A stretch of DNA of 62,916 bases, counting the filler, from Perkinsus chesapeaki ATCC PRA-425 (Eukaryota; Protista; Perkinsozoa), in assembly GCA_013115145.1 (NCBI GenBank). It is 4 parts of 4 records of this genome, joined end to end, with 100 filler letters (N's around TTAATTAATTAA, not from the genome) between each part and the next. Parts side by side here need not be neighbours in the genome. Positions count along the whole stretch, not along the records: positions 44,126 to 60,985 come from JAAPAO010000695.1; positions 61,086 to 62,916 come from JAAPAO010001766.1; 2 more parts are not named here. One strand, written 5' to 3'. The position numbers and the translations under genes were made by a program. This document shows positions 53,418-62,916 of the stretch, in pieces. Positions within the stretch are counted from its first letter, which is position 1. Each line of letters opens with the position of its first letter. The notes beneath the pieces were generated by a model that saw only the letters and a program-made list of their open reading frames with translations, was not told where the DNA came from and did not search any database.

Positions 53418-55119
53418 TTAACGATAGTAATAGATACTCGGAGTTGAAGAGATTGTGATGGGCATAGTCAAATGCCTAAGCTCGGGCGAGGTACTTCTGG
53501 GTTTCTCGGTAGCGAACTCTGGAGAATTAGGCACCTCAAACTTGTTCCGGCATAGCGGACAGGATGTACCTCTCAGTTTTTGTGACCTCACAGTGAGCCA
53601 TTCGACAAGACAATCTCTATGGAAGCAATGACCGCAGCGGAGAAGAAAGTCAGGGCCTTGTTCTAGACAAATACAGCAGGGCTCCATGGACTCGGCTTCC
53701 AATGAGGACTCGCGGCATGGGCGGCCGTTTTGCCCTAGCAGTATAGCGACCTTGCGGCTGGCGTTGTCGACCTTGACGTTCTCGTGACGAAATCTATCCG
53801 CGGGCATACGGGCGGTTCTGGTGCCAAAAAAGAGCATATTGAAGGCTTAGATTGCAGTAAAGACGTGACACTGAACAAGGAGCAGTTGGCACTCTAGATC
53901 CAAATACCCTAATCAACTCTAACGCGAAGCTCAACAACTTCGATGTCAGAAACATGGAAAGTGAAACTTATTTATTAGCGTCATGTAACCACTGCTCGGC
54001 AAGGTACTCCAAACCATCATGCGAAGTTCCAGTGTTGAATTTACGAGGAGGTTTCTTGCGCCACTTTGGCTTTGGCAGCTTCGAGCCCAAAATGAGATGA
54101 GGGTGAACCAATGGCCCCTGAACAGCACGCTGACGCAACTCCGAGGAGACAGCCGACACAATCGACTAGCCTTAGCCGTCGAGCAGTACCAGCTACTTAC
54201 ATCTGCTGCATGGATATCGAGTCGTCGAGTCATCCTGTGTTCAACCAACATTAATATATACGCGTCTTCTGCTGAGAGCAAAACTGCTGCAGCGGCCAAG
54301 GGTCGGAAGTCCCAGTTGATATCTTGACGCTAAGTATATGATTGGCAATTGCTGCGATGTGTTGTAGTGACACTCACCCGTATCCTTCGTTCACCTGGGG
54401 TTAGTATCATCCTACTGCTGTCTTCCTTACCAACATAGTTATGCACAAGTGCACGGGAACTCATCAACCCCCCATGCAGCTCGATCTCGTAGGACAGAGT
54501 AGCTGGCACTGAGCTGGATCCGCGAGCCACCGCATCGTGTTCCTTCGCCTTCGCAATTGTATCGACTGAAGGAAACACCTCATGAGGCTCACACTTGACG
54601 AGAGTTGTACATAACACCCTAAACTAAACAGTAAGGGGGAAGGACAGGATCCGACCAGGCAGGCAGCTTCGACGAAATTTCAGAGACCTCGTGGCGCAAT
54701 GGAAGCGCGTCGGTTTCCGGAGCCGAAGGTTGCGGGTTCAAGTCCCGCCGGGGTTATTTTTCTCGTCTGCCAATTTCGTCGTTAATAACCAATCCTCTTC
54801 CCCTTGCTGTGCCTATCTCACCTATATCGCTTTGATTGAGCATCATCTCTGCCACTTCCGATGGATCGCTCATACCATTCTCCTTCCATCTCTCCACCTT
54901 TCTAACTCGCCGCTGTCTAAGATCGACTACATTGGTGTATCTGTAACCCACCTTAATTACGTCACCAGCGGAGGAAACGTGACTCAACTGTATTTTTTTC
55001 ATATCCGCGACGTCTCTATCAGCCGCCCAATTCGATGCCCGGAGATCGTCGTTCGCGAATGACCGAACTTGCTCGGAGTCGTTCCAGTCTAGCATCTCCT
55101 CCTCCTCATCGACTGCCAA
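53418..55119 (-). CDS. Multi-exon gene with C-terminal RING-H2 finger
   Basis: CCICLEQGPDFLLRCGHCFHRDCLVEWLTVRSQKLRGTSCPLCR in ORF 53418-53837; upstream minus-strand exons to at least 55119, joining inferred. Confidence 0.75.
54685..54755 (+). tRNA. tRNA-Arg (CCG) with tRNA-Trp-like body; acceptor 3' strand one base short
   Basis: GACCTCG-TG-GCGC-AATGGAA-GCGC-G-TCGGT-TTCCGGA-GCCGA-AGGTT-GCGGG-TTCAAGT-CCCGC-CGGGTT-A, followed by TTTTT. Confidence 0.8.
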
Positions 55120-55139
55120 CTGTGTCCCAGCTGGATCCT

Positions 55140-57360
55140 GAGAACCGCACCGAGGAAGCGATGCCCCCTCTTTGGTGCTCTACCCCTCGGAATCCATACA
55201 TCAGTGTGTTCAATCGCTGCAGCAAATTGGTGAAAACCATCTAAGGGCAGCTGTAGCTCTCAACGCCTAGCTTGCGACTTACGCAAACCTTCCGTATACT
55301 GGGCTCCTTCAACAACCAATCAAGCACGAACTTGAGCGTCGTTTGGAAGCCAGCGGAGATCATTATGTCACTGTGCAAACAGGATATGTCGATGACATAG
55401 GTCGCGCTGGGTGTTGCGATCGTGAAGACCGACGGTGGAAAGGGAAGGTCATCCTCGGCCTCGTTTTCCTAGAGCAGGAATACGACAGGTCGGTGGCATG
55501 CTCTTTACTTCATAATTCAGTGCTACTAGCCAGTCACGACCAGTGGGGCTCCCAAGCTCCGCCAGCTTGTCGTTGTGCTCTTTCAGCTCCTGTCGCATTC
55601 TCCGGTACATCGCAGCGAGATGCGCTGGACTGCTAAGCTAACAAGTCGACGCCTTTACAACTACCACGCTTGATCAGGATCACCAGGAATATCCTATCCT
55701 CCGAAAGCGGAATCAACTCATCAAACGGCAGCTCCTCCTCGATACTTTCGACGCTGTCGGTCGTCGACTCATCCCAGACAGTCATCTCCGACTCATGCAG
55801 CTCCTCGTCGTCGTCATCGTTTTCGAAATCCTCATACCGCGGTGCTTCTATCATCCGAGCCTCGTCTGTTTCGCGATCAATGCCTGCAATCGTTCTAGCA
55901 CCCGACAGCAAAGTCCCCCAATACTACTTCCCGCTGCCTCCCACACGATTGTCGTAACCGTTTCATAGGCCCACTGATCCAACAGCAGACCGGTGTCCGG
56001 ATCCCTTGATCTCAAGTGGCTACCAGCACATGCAGCAAAAGAGCTATCCTTCATGGCCTTACTTCACGCACTCCCTCCAGACCCTTCCTTCACTGTCACC
56101 AGGGGTCTCTGTCGCAATGTGCTCCAAGAAGTTACGTAACATATGGGAGCTGCGGCGCCAACAGATCTCTTCCACAGCCTAAGCCCGAATGGTCGGCCGG
56201 TTTTGTAAGGCAGATACCCGCTTGAGGCTCCACTGGCTGCCTTCCGTCACGGGCAGCCAAAAGTCCAAGGGTCGCATGGCCAGTAGGAGAGATATCCCAT
56301 CGAATGTGACATGCTCGTGCTTATTCAGACGACAGCTCATTATCGTGTCGAAGTTTCTACCAGTTAGCTTGGTGATGTCCATAGGTAACCTGATGAGTCA
56401 TAGCTTCTATACTGATACAGCTTGGAGGGCACCTCTTGTAGACCGTCATGAAGCCGTATGGTCCCGCTGCTTCGAGGATGTAATTGGGATCGAACTTTCC
56501 AATATTTCCACTACGAGTGATACCAAACCTACCGACACACTGTGGACATGCTATCGTGCTTAGTACAGGTACCGGAGAAGAGGCTGGTAGACCATGTCCT
56601 TCACCAGCTGGTACTGCTTCCTTTTGATCTTGGGAGCGACTTTTTTAACGATGTCCCGATTTAGCAGAGCGAAGATATGGTGAGATTTCGGATGGGCAAA
56701 GTGCCTTACATACCCCCACTGTAGGCAGCTCCCGGAGAGATTTGCTTACCGGTCTAGCATGAGACTGATGGCCACATAGAGCTCACTCTGGAGCTGGTCT
56801 ACTGCTGCCATTCGATCTACGGGTTCCTTGGTGCACTGAGCGTCCACTGCCCTCATTACCACGTTAACCACAAGGTCCTCTACTTTACCTGCTGTCAAAC
56901 TACTACACAGCATTGCTTATATAAAAGACGCATAAACAGGGAAATTTAACGAAGACAGCGAGCGAGGAACATATTCAACGAAGCTAACAAGTGGCTCAGC
57001 ATTTGGAGATGTCGAGCGGAATCAATAACAGCTACGAACTGTCATGAGTTTTCTAAGGAGCAGATCTCCCCTGTCTCATCACCTCGACTGCTCAGACGCG
57101 GCACTAGCTTAACCATGGGCTCATTAGCATATATAGTAAAGCTTGCAGCAGTACCATGGCCAGTCGTAGGAACCTATCAACGGTAACACTAACAACCTAC
57201 TCATGCTTACTTGGGGGTCCAACATAGGACTGACGTGCTCCAGCGGTGATACAACGTTAAGCAAATGGTGCCTCTCTTCCGCCGATAAATGAACCGGACC
57301 ATCTTCCCCAGGAATTGCCACCAAATCGGATGCCTTGTCCAGACTGCTCGACGAAGCCAT
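55140..57360 (-). CDS. Multi-exon coding region, possibly the 5' part of the RING gene
   Basis: MASSSSLDKASDLVAIPGEDG.., FAHPKSHHIFALLNRDIVKKV.., acidic EDFENDDDDEELHESE segment; splice-like boundaries. Confidence 0.4.
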
Positions 57361-58230
57361 GCCGGTTGGTCGTCGTAGCAGAGCGCCAGTCACTCCACTG
57401 AAACTTCGTCCAAATGACGGTATTAGTCTAAGCCTATCACACCGATTGACTACGGCTGCTCCATTAAGCATGAAATTCAACTATTCAAAGCTGTCGCCAC
57501 ATAGTAGAGGGTTCCCAGAAAATGTGGTTTCTCGACACAAACGGCGTTTTGGAGAGCAAAGGAGAATAGATTTCTAGCTGTTTTAGAATCATCATTATGT
57601 CCGGGGGGGTGGCGGTGATACGGCGACGGCCGTGTATGTTGGTTTCGAAAATGCGAAATAATCAGTTAAAGAAGACCGAGGTCCGATCCAGGCTGGGTCA
57701 CCCAGCCGAGCCTAATCCAAGTGGACTTCCTCAAAGCCGATTACCCAATGCTGAGATGTCCACCGCTAACAGTTATCAGTTAGAGTCCGACCGATTCCGT
57801 TATACCTGCTATCTGCGAAATTTCAAAGTCACCGTGAGGAAGCCACTCCCCAACGCGTGCGTGGTGCCGCGACATGCGCCAGGCTCAAAGTGACAAGACA
57901 TAGCGCCGAGTTAGGCAAAACTAGGCACGCAACAGGTCAATCCGGGGACATATACGTTCTGAAAATATCATGTCCGCTGCAAAGTTTTTTAATAAATAGC
58001 GAGGCCTTCATGACCAAGCTGGCTCAACGAGATCGCCTGAGTCCCGAGATTTCCGAAACCCAGCGTGAAGCGGTTCGAGGGAAGCTGTGACCCTCGGCTA
58101 TGGACCGACTACATAGAATCAACTGGACTAGCTAAAACATATACACTCGACATACTTGTTATATATTAAACAGTGCAATTTTAATAATGGGTCAGTGAGT
58201 AAATGAATCTATCGGAAAGCGATCCACGAA

Positions 58231-58261
58231 AAGGCCGCGGGTTCGATTCCCACGGGTGGTA
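58231..58261 (+). pseudogene. Degenerate tRNA 3' fragment (B-box-like)
   Basis: AAGGCC-GCGGG-TTCGATT-CCCAC-GGGTGGT-A; no matching 5' half upstream. Confidence 0.3.
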
Positions 58262-58455
58262 TTTCCCGCAAAAAGCGACAACAAATGTGACAGTTTAAGC
58301 ACTACTAACTCAATACGGAAAACAAGGCTAGCAGAGTATCACAGCGGAAGCTGCGTAATGGGGATCATAAAGAAATAGAAAGTACTAATACCGAAAGAGC
58401 ATTGGCAACACCTCAACCCTCCCGAACGAACTGTGAACGTTACGGAGTTATATCG

Positions 58456-59595
58456 CTAACAACGGCCACTACAAGCTACCATGTAACGGGAGAGAAGGTA
58501 CGCAAGAACGGCTAACGATATTGCTAATGGTACAGATGAGAGCAGAATAATTGCACCAAGAAGACCGCACAAGATAAAGAAAGTAAAACATAGTGATGAG
58601 CTTAGCGAGTGCTTCAACTTAGGAAGCACATAGCATACCAAATGGACGAATATTCTCCCACACACTTCAATGATAAAAACCCATGGATTGTCACCAAGGA
58701 CAACCGCTAACACAGTAGGATAAGCAATAACAAAGAGGACCGCTAAGAGTAGGCGTCTAGATACATGATCTACACCGAAAGTTGATCGAAGTGATGAACA
58801 TAGCTTCTCCACAGAACCATGCTTAGATGCCACTTTATTAGTTATAACGGCTGCATCAGATTCACGGGAGCATTCAAGTGCCAATGGAGATGACGCTGAA
58901 CTGAAGTCCTCAGCGAAGGCGGTTCGATTAGGATAGTCTTCGATTGATGTAAACACTACCGCTACTGTGAAATAGAGAATATACCAGAAGTTAGAGGGAG
59001 CAACAAACTGCAAAGACCAGTGAAGGGAGCTGATACTCCCCCAGAACATAACGTAAGTGACGAAACATTGCGGCCAAATCTCAACTTTTTCCAATGGATG
59101 GGTATCAAGGAATAAACCAGCTTCATATACACACCAAAGACGTTTGAAATAATCTCTACTCCACATGATGCCTAAGTTTTTACAACTCCGAACCGCATGG
59201 TCAATATGACCTATTCCTTGCTCTAAAAGTACAGGGTTACTCTGGTGAATGCAGAATCTATCAAAAAATACGGTACGGCCGTTGAAGCAAATGAACACCT
59301 CCAATAGCAATCCTGTAACGAGAAATACCCAGCTGAGAAGAACACATAGTGCCGGAGGGAAGGATAAGTAGTATCGGCAGACAAGACTTAACAATGATGC
59401 AATGACAAATGGGAGACCGGAGGTGAATCTTAGAATGAGCACACCAACCTTCTCATAGAATCGAGAGGACCAAGTATGACTGACAAACCAGTCTGGTCCA
59501 GTATCCCGATAATCTGGAAAACTTAGGCCCGTCCAAGCATGTAGTTTAATACCGGTCCCAAGCATAGCGCTTCGAAGAAGGCTGCTGATACACAC
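58456..59595 (-). CDS. Intronless multi-pass membrane protein with a split TIR-like domain
   Basis: DWFVSHTW, two TM helices, TVFFDRFCIHQ, RSCKNLGIMWSRDYFKRLWCVYE, then about 5-6 hydrophobic segments. Start uncertain (frame open upstream). Confidence 0.75.
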   Translation of the reverse strand: MCISSLLRSAMLGTGIKLHAWTGLSFPDYRDTGPDWFVSHTWSSRFYEKVGVLILRFTSGLPFVIASLLSLVCRYYLSFPPALCVLLSWVFLVTGLLLEVFICFNGRTVFFDRFCIHQSNPVLLEQGIGHIDHAVRSCKNLGIMWSRDYFKRLWCVYEAGLFLDTHPLEKVEIWPQCFVTYVMFWGSISSLHWSLQFVAPSNFWYILYFTVAVVFTSIEDYPNRTAFAEDFSSASSPLALECSRESDAAVITNKVASKHGSVEKLCSSLRSTFGVDHVSRRLLLAVLFVIAYPTVLAVVLGDNPWVFIIEVCGRIFVHLVCYVLPKLKHSLSSSLCFTFFILCGLLGAIILLSSVPLAISLAVLAYLLSRYMVACSGRC

Positions 59596-60985
59596 TATAT
59601 AAAGGGGTGCTACTGCGCCAAGAGCCTGCGATACGATGACTGCGAGACCAGAGGAAACAAAGTATCAACTGAATAAGGGAACAATAAACTCAACGAGAGC
59701 TACATTCACAACGGTACGGCCGAATACGCACAGGCTACTGTTTCACACTTATAGGGCAGATGTCACTATATACCACTACTGAACCTAGTTGATAGCTTTA
59801 CTTGAAGTTCAATTAAAGTTGCTAAACATTGTTCAAGTCTTGACAATGTTTTAATTCCTTCGAGGAATTTCCTCGAGGCTACGCCCTTGGCCGCTCACAC
59901 AGTAACCCCTGTGACAGGAGCACTTATCCCAAGAGGAACGCTCCCCCACAAGGAACCAACAGGAAGAACGCGCCATAGTATAGTGACTATACTCAGGTTG
60001 GCAAGTCGAGCAACCAGAGCATAGAATCGAGGAAGAATTGCGATTATCAGTCTGAGCACTTCAGTAGAAGCAAAGACCGCTAAATTGTTGCCCACATACT
60101 TGGGGCCGCATTACTCCCACTTGCTCCATGGGAAGATCGGGCGAGCCATGTATTATACATGATGGATATTTGCGAGCTTGAAATTATCCCTCTCTGCAAT
60201 GGCTAACGCTACCGGTACGCGTATCTTTAGGCTGGGTAGACCCAAGGTAATAACTAGCGGCTAGTGTATTATTGCGAAGCTTCTTAGAACTTGTAACGTC
60301 ACATCTATCGGATATCTCGTCAAATACGGGACTGAATGCAACTCTGGAACAATTCTCTGCGCCATCAGGGATACGCAAGAGATCCTCTCGCAATATTTTC
60401 GGACTCAAGTCGCAATTGTTTGATGTATGCCATATTAAACAGACAGTATAGGACATAATCGGAGATACAATGAGCAACGGCGTGACGCCTTGGTCTTTGG
60501 AGACAGCACGCATGTCATTGCGCGGAGGTCACCGATGAAAACAAAACTTGATAATATCAAGTTGATATGCAACAATCAGCAAACTCTCTATTGCCTCACT
60601 GAATCACAATACACAGCTCGAAGCCTGAAAACCTGGGATCTCTCGGGTTCAAGACCCCAAATCCCCGCAATGACGAGAACGGGAACGAGAACCACCTGAC
60701 GCTGCCCCAGGCTCGGCCCGCCCGTACTATGTGCCTAGCTGTAGTACAGCTGCTGTACACTGATTGCGCATCCTCACCTTCCCACAAGCCATTGGCTTGT
60801 GTCACATGTTAAGCGTTATTGCCCCCACGTTAGTTTTGATGGCGCAAGGACAAGGACTGTACTACAGTCACTGTAGCGGCAGCGAATTATCTAGTAGTAA
60901 GACTATTGCATTTAGCTTTAGCATACCGTGTTCATGTAATTTGCATGTAATGACGCGCGCTATTAAGACGCGTACGCTGTCTCGT

Positions 60986-61085
60986 NNNNNNNNNNNNNNN
61001 NNNNNNNNNNNNNNNNNNNNNNNNNNNNNTTAATTAATTAANNNNNNNNNNNNNNNNNNNNNNNNNNNNNNNNNNNNNNNNNNNN
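60986..61085. other. Assembly gap with TTAATTAATTAA linker
   Basis: 100 nt N-linker-N. Confidence 0.97.
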
Positions 61086-61099
61086 AAGTTTGTACCAGT

Positions 61100-61456
61100 T
61101 TAACTGCGTACGAGTTTGGCTATGTACCAGCTTGCACTGTACGATATGATACTCACCCACAAGCCGTATACGGGTTTAGGTATAGCAATTTCCGAAGTGT
61201 AATTTCCGAACCTGTATACAGGAAGGTTGTCAAGATCCTGGCCGTAACGATACATCGAATTACGGCATCGCGTGAGAGCATTATCATACGTAGTCCTGCG
61301 CCTTAAGAGTGCCATACCCTCGAGAACCCGGACAACGTCAACCTCTTTTTGTAATAGCCCGCCATTGCGCAGTCGATAAATGACATCCTTGCCAACTGCA
61401 TACTGCTTCGTGACTACAAATTTTGATAAGAGACCGTCGGCCACATGATGGGGCAA
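61100..61456 (-). CDS. Hypothetical ORF
   Basis: 118-codon open frame, no recognised motif. Confidence 0.25.
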   Translation of the reverse strand: MPHHVADGLLSKFVVTKQYAVGKDVIYRLRNGGLLQKEVDVVRVLEGMALLRRRTTYDNALTRCRNSMYRYGQDLDNLPVYRFGNYTSEIAIPKPVYGLWVSIISYSASWYIAKLVRS

Positions 61457-61983
61457 AGTTGCCAGAAGACCGAAAGCGTTTAAATGTGATAGAAGTGTTC
61501 CCAGTCTTACATCGGTGACACTGCAGTAAACGAGTGGTTACAGCGCAAACAGTGTCGGCGCACCGTTAGTAGCCGCTCCTACCACCCTGTAGTACAGGCT
61601 AATATTCTTTTAACACTACATATGTCTTTAGGGGAATGTTCCCGACTTGAACAGCGGGGACATCGCCCCCCGGGACTCCACACGGATAGCGATCGCGCTG
61701 ACAGGCCCTCCGCGAGCTCTTTAGGAGGGAAGTTTAGAGCAACTTCTTCGATAGGAGCTAGGAAATAGTAAAGACCGGGATTTGTAGAATCTCCGTTCGA
61801 ATGCCGCCCCAGTATCTGGTTCAGCTCTTTTAGCGTCTTCGGCTCAATACGCCATACTTGCTCGGGGTCATATTTATTGATCGCCGGTTGACCCTGAATT
61901 TACAGTATGAGCTAGTAGTTCAGAACTACCTTAAACCCGATTTTGCTACCTGGGATCCCTGACGGTCATTACCAACTGATGGG

Positions 61984-62072
61984 CAATTTTCCTTATTTGA
62001 GATTGCTAATTGTGGCTTGCTATCAAGAGGAGCCCAATTTTTCTTATCTGAGATTGCTAACTGTGACTGGCT
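61984..62072. repeat. Imperfect direct repeat, 51-nt period
   Basis: CAATTTTCCTTATTTGAGATTGCTAATTGTGGCTTGCT and CAATTTTTCTTATCTGAGATTGCTAACTGTGACTGGCT; plus frame reads NFPYLRLLIV / NFSYLRLLTV. Confidence 0.8.
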
Positions 62073-62389
62073 TCTTGAAGGAAGCCTGTGGTACGGCACC
62101 CCGGCTATCACCTTCCTCATGATTATCCGCGCTTACTGTAGTGCTAATCTGCGTTCCGCAAGGCATTGCCGAGCTACCAACATTCTCATCTTCTTAACCG
62201 GCAATTAAAGTAGAGGCCTGACAGAGGCTGGTAGCTCATATAACACTGCTCAACAGCTCAAGCTAGTTCAACACGCGGATGGAGGCTACTTACAGTTGCG
62301 GATACGTTCGGGTCGAACCATACGCAAGCGGAAGCGGCTCGATGCTAAGTTTGTCTCTTCATAGGGTCTTTCTTGATCTTGAGCAGTGC

Positions 62390-62459
62390 TTGACTCCTGG
62401 AACCCCAGGCTTGTTGCCTCAGCTGCTTGAGGCAACAAGCCTGGGATTCCACGAGTCAA
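62390..62459. other. 70-nt near-perfect inverted repeat (hairpin)
   Basis: TTGACTC-CT-GGAA-C-CCCAGGCTTGTTGCCTCA-(GCTGCT)-TGAGGCAACAAGCCTGGG-A-TTCC-AC-GAGTCAA; 18-bp perfect core stem. Confidence 0.9.
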
Positions 62460-62560
62460 ATTTAATCGTGGGAGTCCCGGCGTATTACCTGACCGCTTGG
62501 CGGTCTCAAAGTTCCCCTTCTCCCACTGCGATATAAGGTCGCTATAGTTTTCCCTGACTA

Positions 62561-62635
62561 TGGGATTCGAACCCACGACTCGCGACTCAAGTTCTGGTGG
62601 AGAGATTCTCGTGGGTTCGAATCCCACAGCTGTCA
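62561..62635. pseudogene. Inverted tRNA-Leu T-arm fragment (62561-62578) joined to a 5'-truncated tRNA-Leu(CAA) (62584-62635)
   Basis: TGGGATTCGAACCCACGA is the exact reverse complement of 62609-62626; the forward copy starts at the anticodon arm. Confidence 0.8.
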
Positions 62636-62695
62636 GGTATATCCACCATGTTGCTTGATTGCAACCCAAACCTACCATTCTGAAGATCTTTCTGT

Positions 62696-62777
62696 GTCAG
62701 TTTGGCCGAGTGGTCTAAGGCGCCAGACTCAAGTTCTGGTGGAGAGATCCTCGTGGGTTCGAATCCCACAGCTGACA
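62696..62777 (+). tRNA. tRNA-Leu (CAA), array copy
   Basis: GTCAGTT/AGCTGAC acceptor, CCAGA-CTCAAGT-TCTGG anticodon arm, GGA-GAGA-TCC variable arm, GGTTCGAATC B-box. Confidence 0.92.
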
Positions 62778-62837
62778 GGTATACCCACCATGTTGCTTGA
62801 TTGCAACCCAAACCTACCATTCTGAAGATCTTTCTGT

Positions 62838-62916
62838 GCCAGCTTGGCCGAGTGGTCTAAGGCGCCAGACTCAAGTTCTGGTGGAGAGATCCTCGTGGGT
62901 TCGAATCCCACAGCTG
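62838..62916 (+). tRNA. tRNA-Leu (CAA), next array copy, cut by window end
   Basis: Same body 142 bp downstream; 5' strand GCCAGCT. Confidence 0.88.

Noticed and set aside
59895-60150. GPKYVGNNLA..LRLIIAILPRF resembling a cytochrome P450 heme-binding tail
   Set aside because: No Cys ligand, stop codon just upstream, and no other P450 motifs found.
62286-62911. Repeated minus-strand ORFs VGFEPTRISPPELES
   Set aside because: Antisense translation of the tRNA-Leu array, not a protein repeat.

Overview
Eukaryotic, intron-rich protist DNA (many ~40-60 nt GT-AG introns, compact intergenic spacers). Gene style and content suggest a perkinsid alveolate (Perkinsus-like); this is inference and was not tested by search. 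Three 100-nt N gaps, each carrying a TTAATTAATTAA all-frame-stop linker (24144-24243, 44026-44125, 60986-61085), split the window into four blocks whose true adjacency is unproven. Block 1: two alpha-carbonic anhydrase paralogs (second disrupted), two tandem full-length SMC3 cohesin paralogs, a TPR gene head-to-head with three tandem J-domain/SAP-like paralogs. Block 2: a WRKY19-like zinc-finger gene, a RING gene, a second TPR gene, membrane and secreted proteins, with longer A/T-tract-rich introns. Block 3: a TTLL tubulin-ligase gene, PGK, an intron-containing DUF488-like gene, a RING gene and a multi-pass TIR-like protein. Block 4: a long hairpin and a 142-bp tandem tRNA-Leu(CAA) array. The strongest candidate for new biology is the SMC3 pair. 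Copy B keeps Walker A, Walker B/D-loop and hinge motifs but has an altered Q-loop (EQG to ERD) and ABC signature (LSGGQ to LGGSQ). Its first coding exon is 121/122 nt identical to that of copy A, although the next exon is strongly diverged. All four solitary tRNA genes sit antisense between exons of protein genes, and one, tRNA-Arg(CCG), has a tRNA-Trp-like body. Exon structures were read by hand, so many boundaries are approximate.
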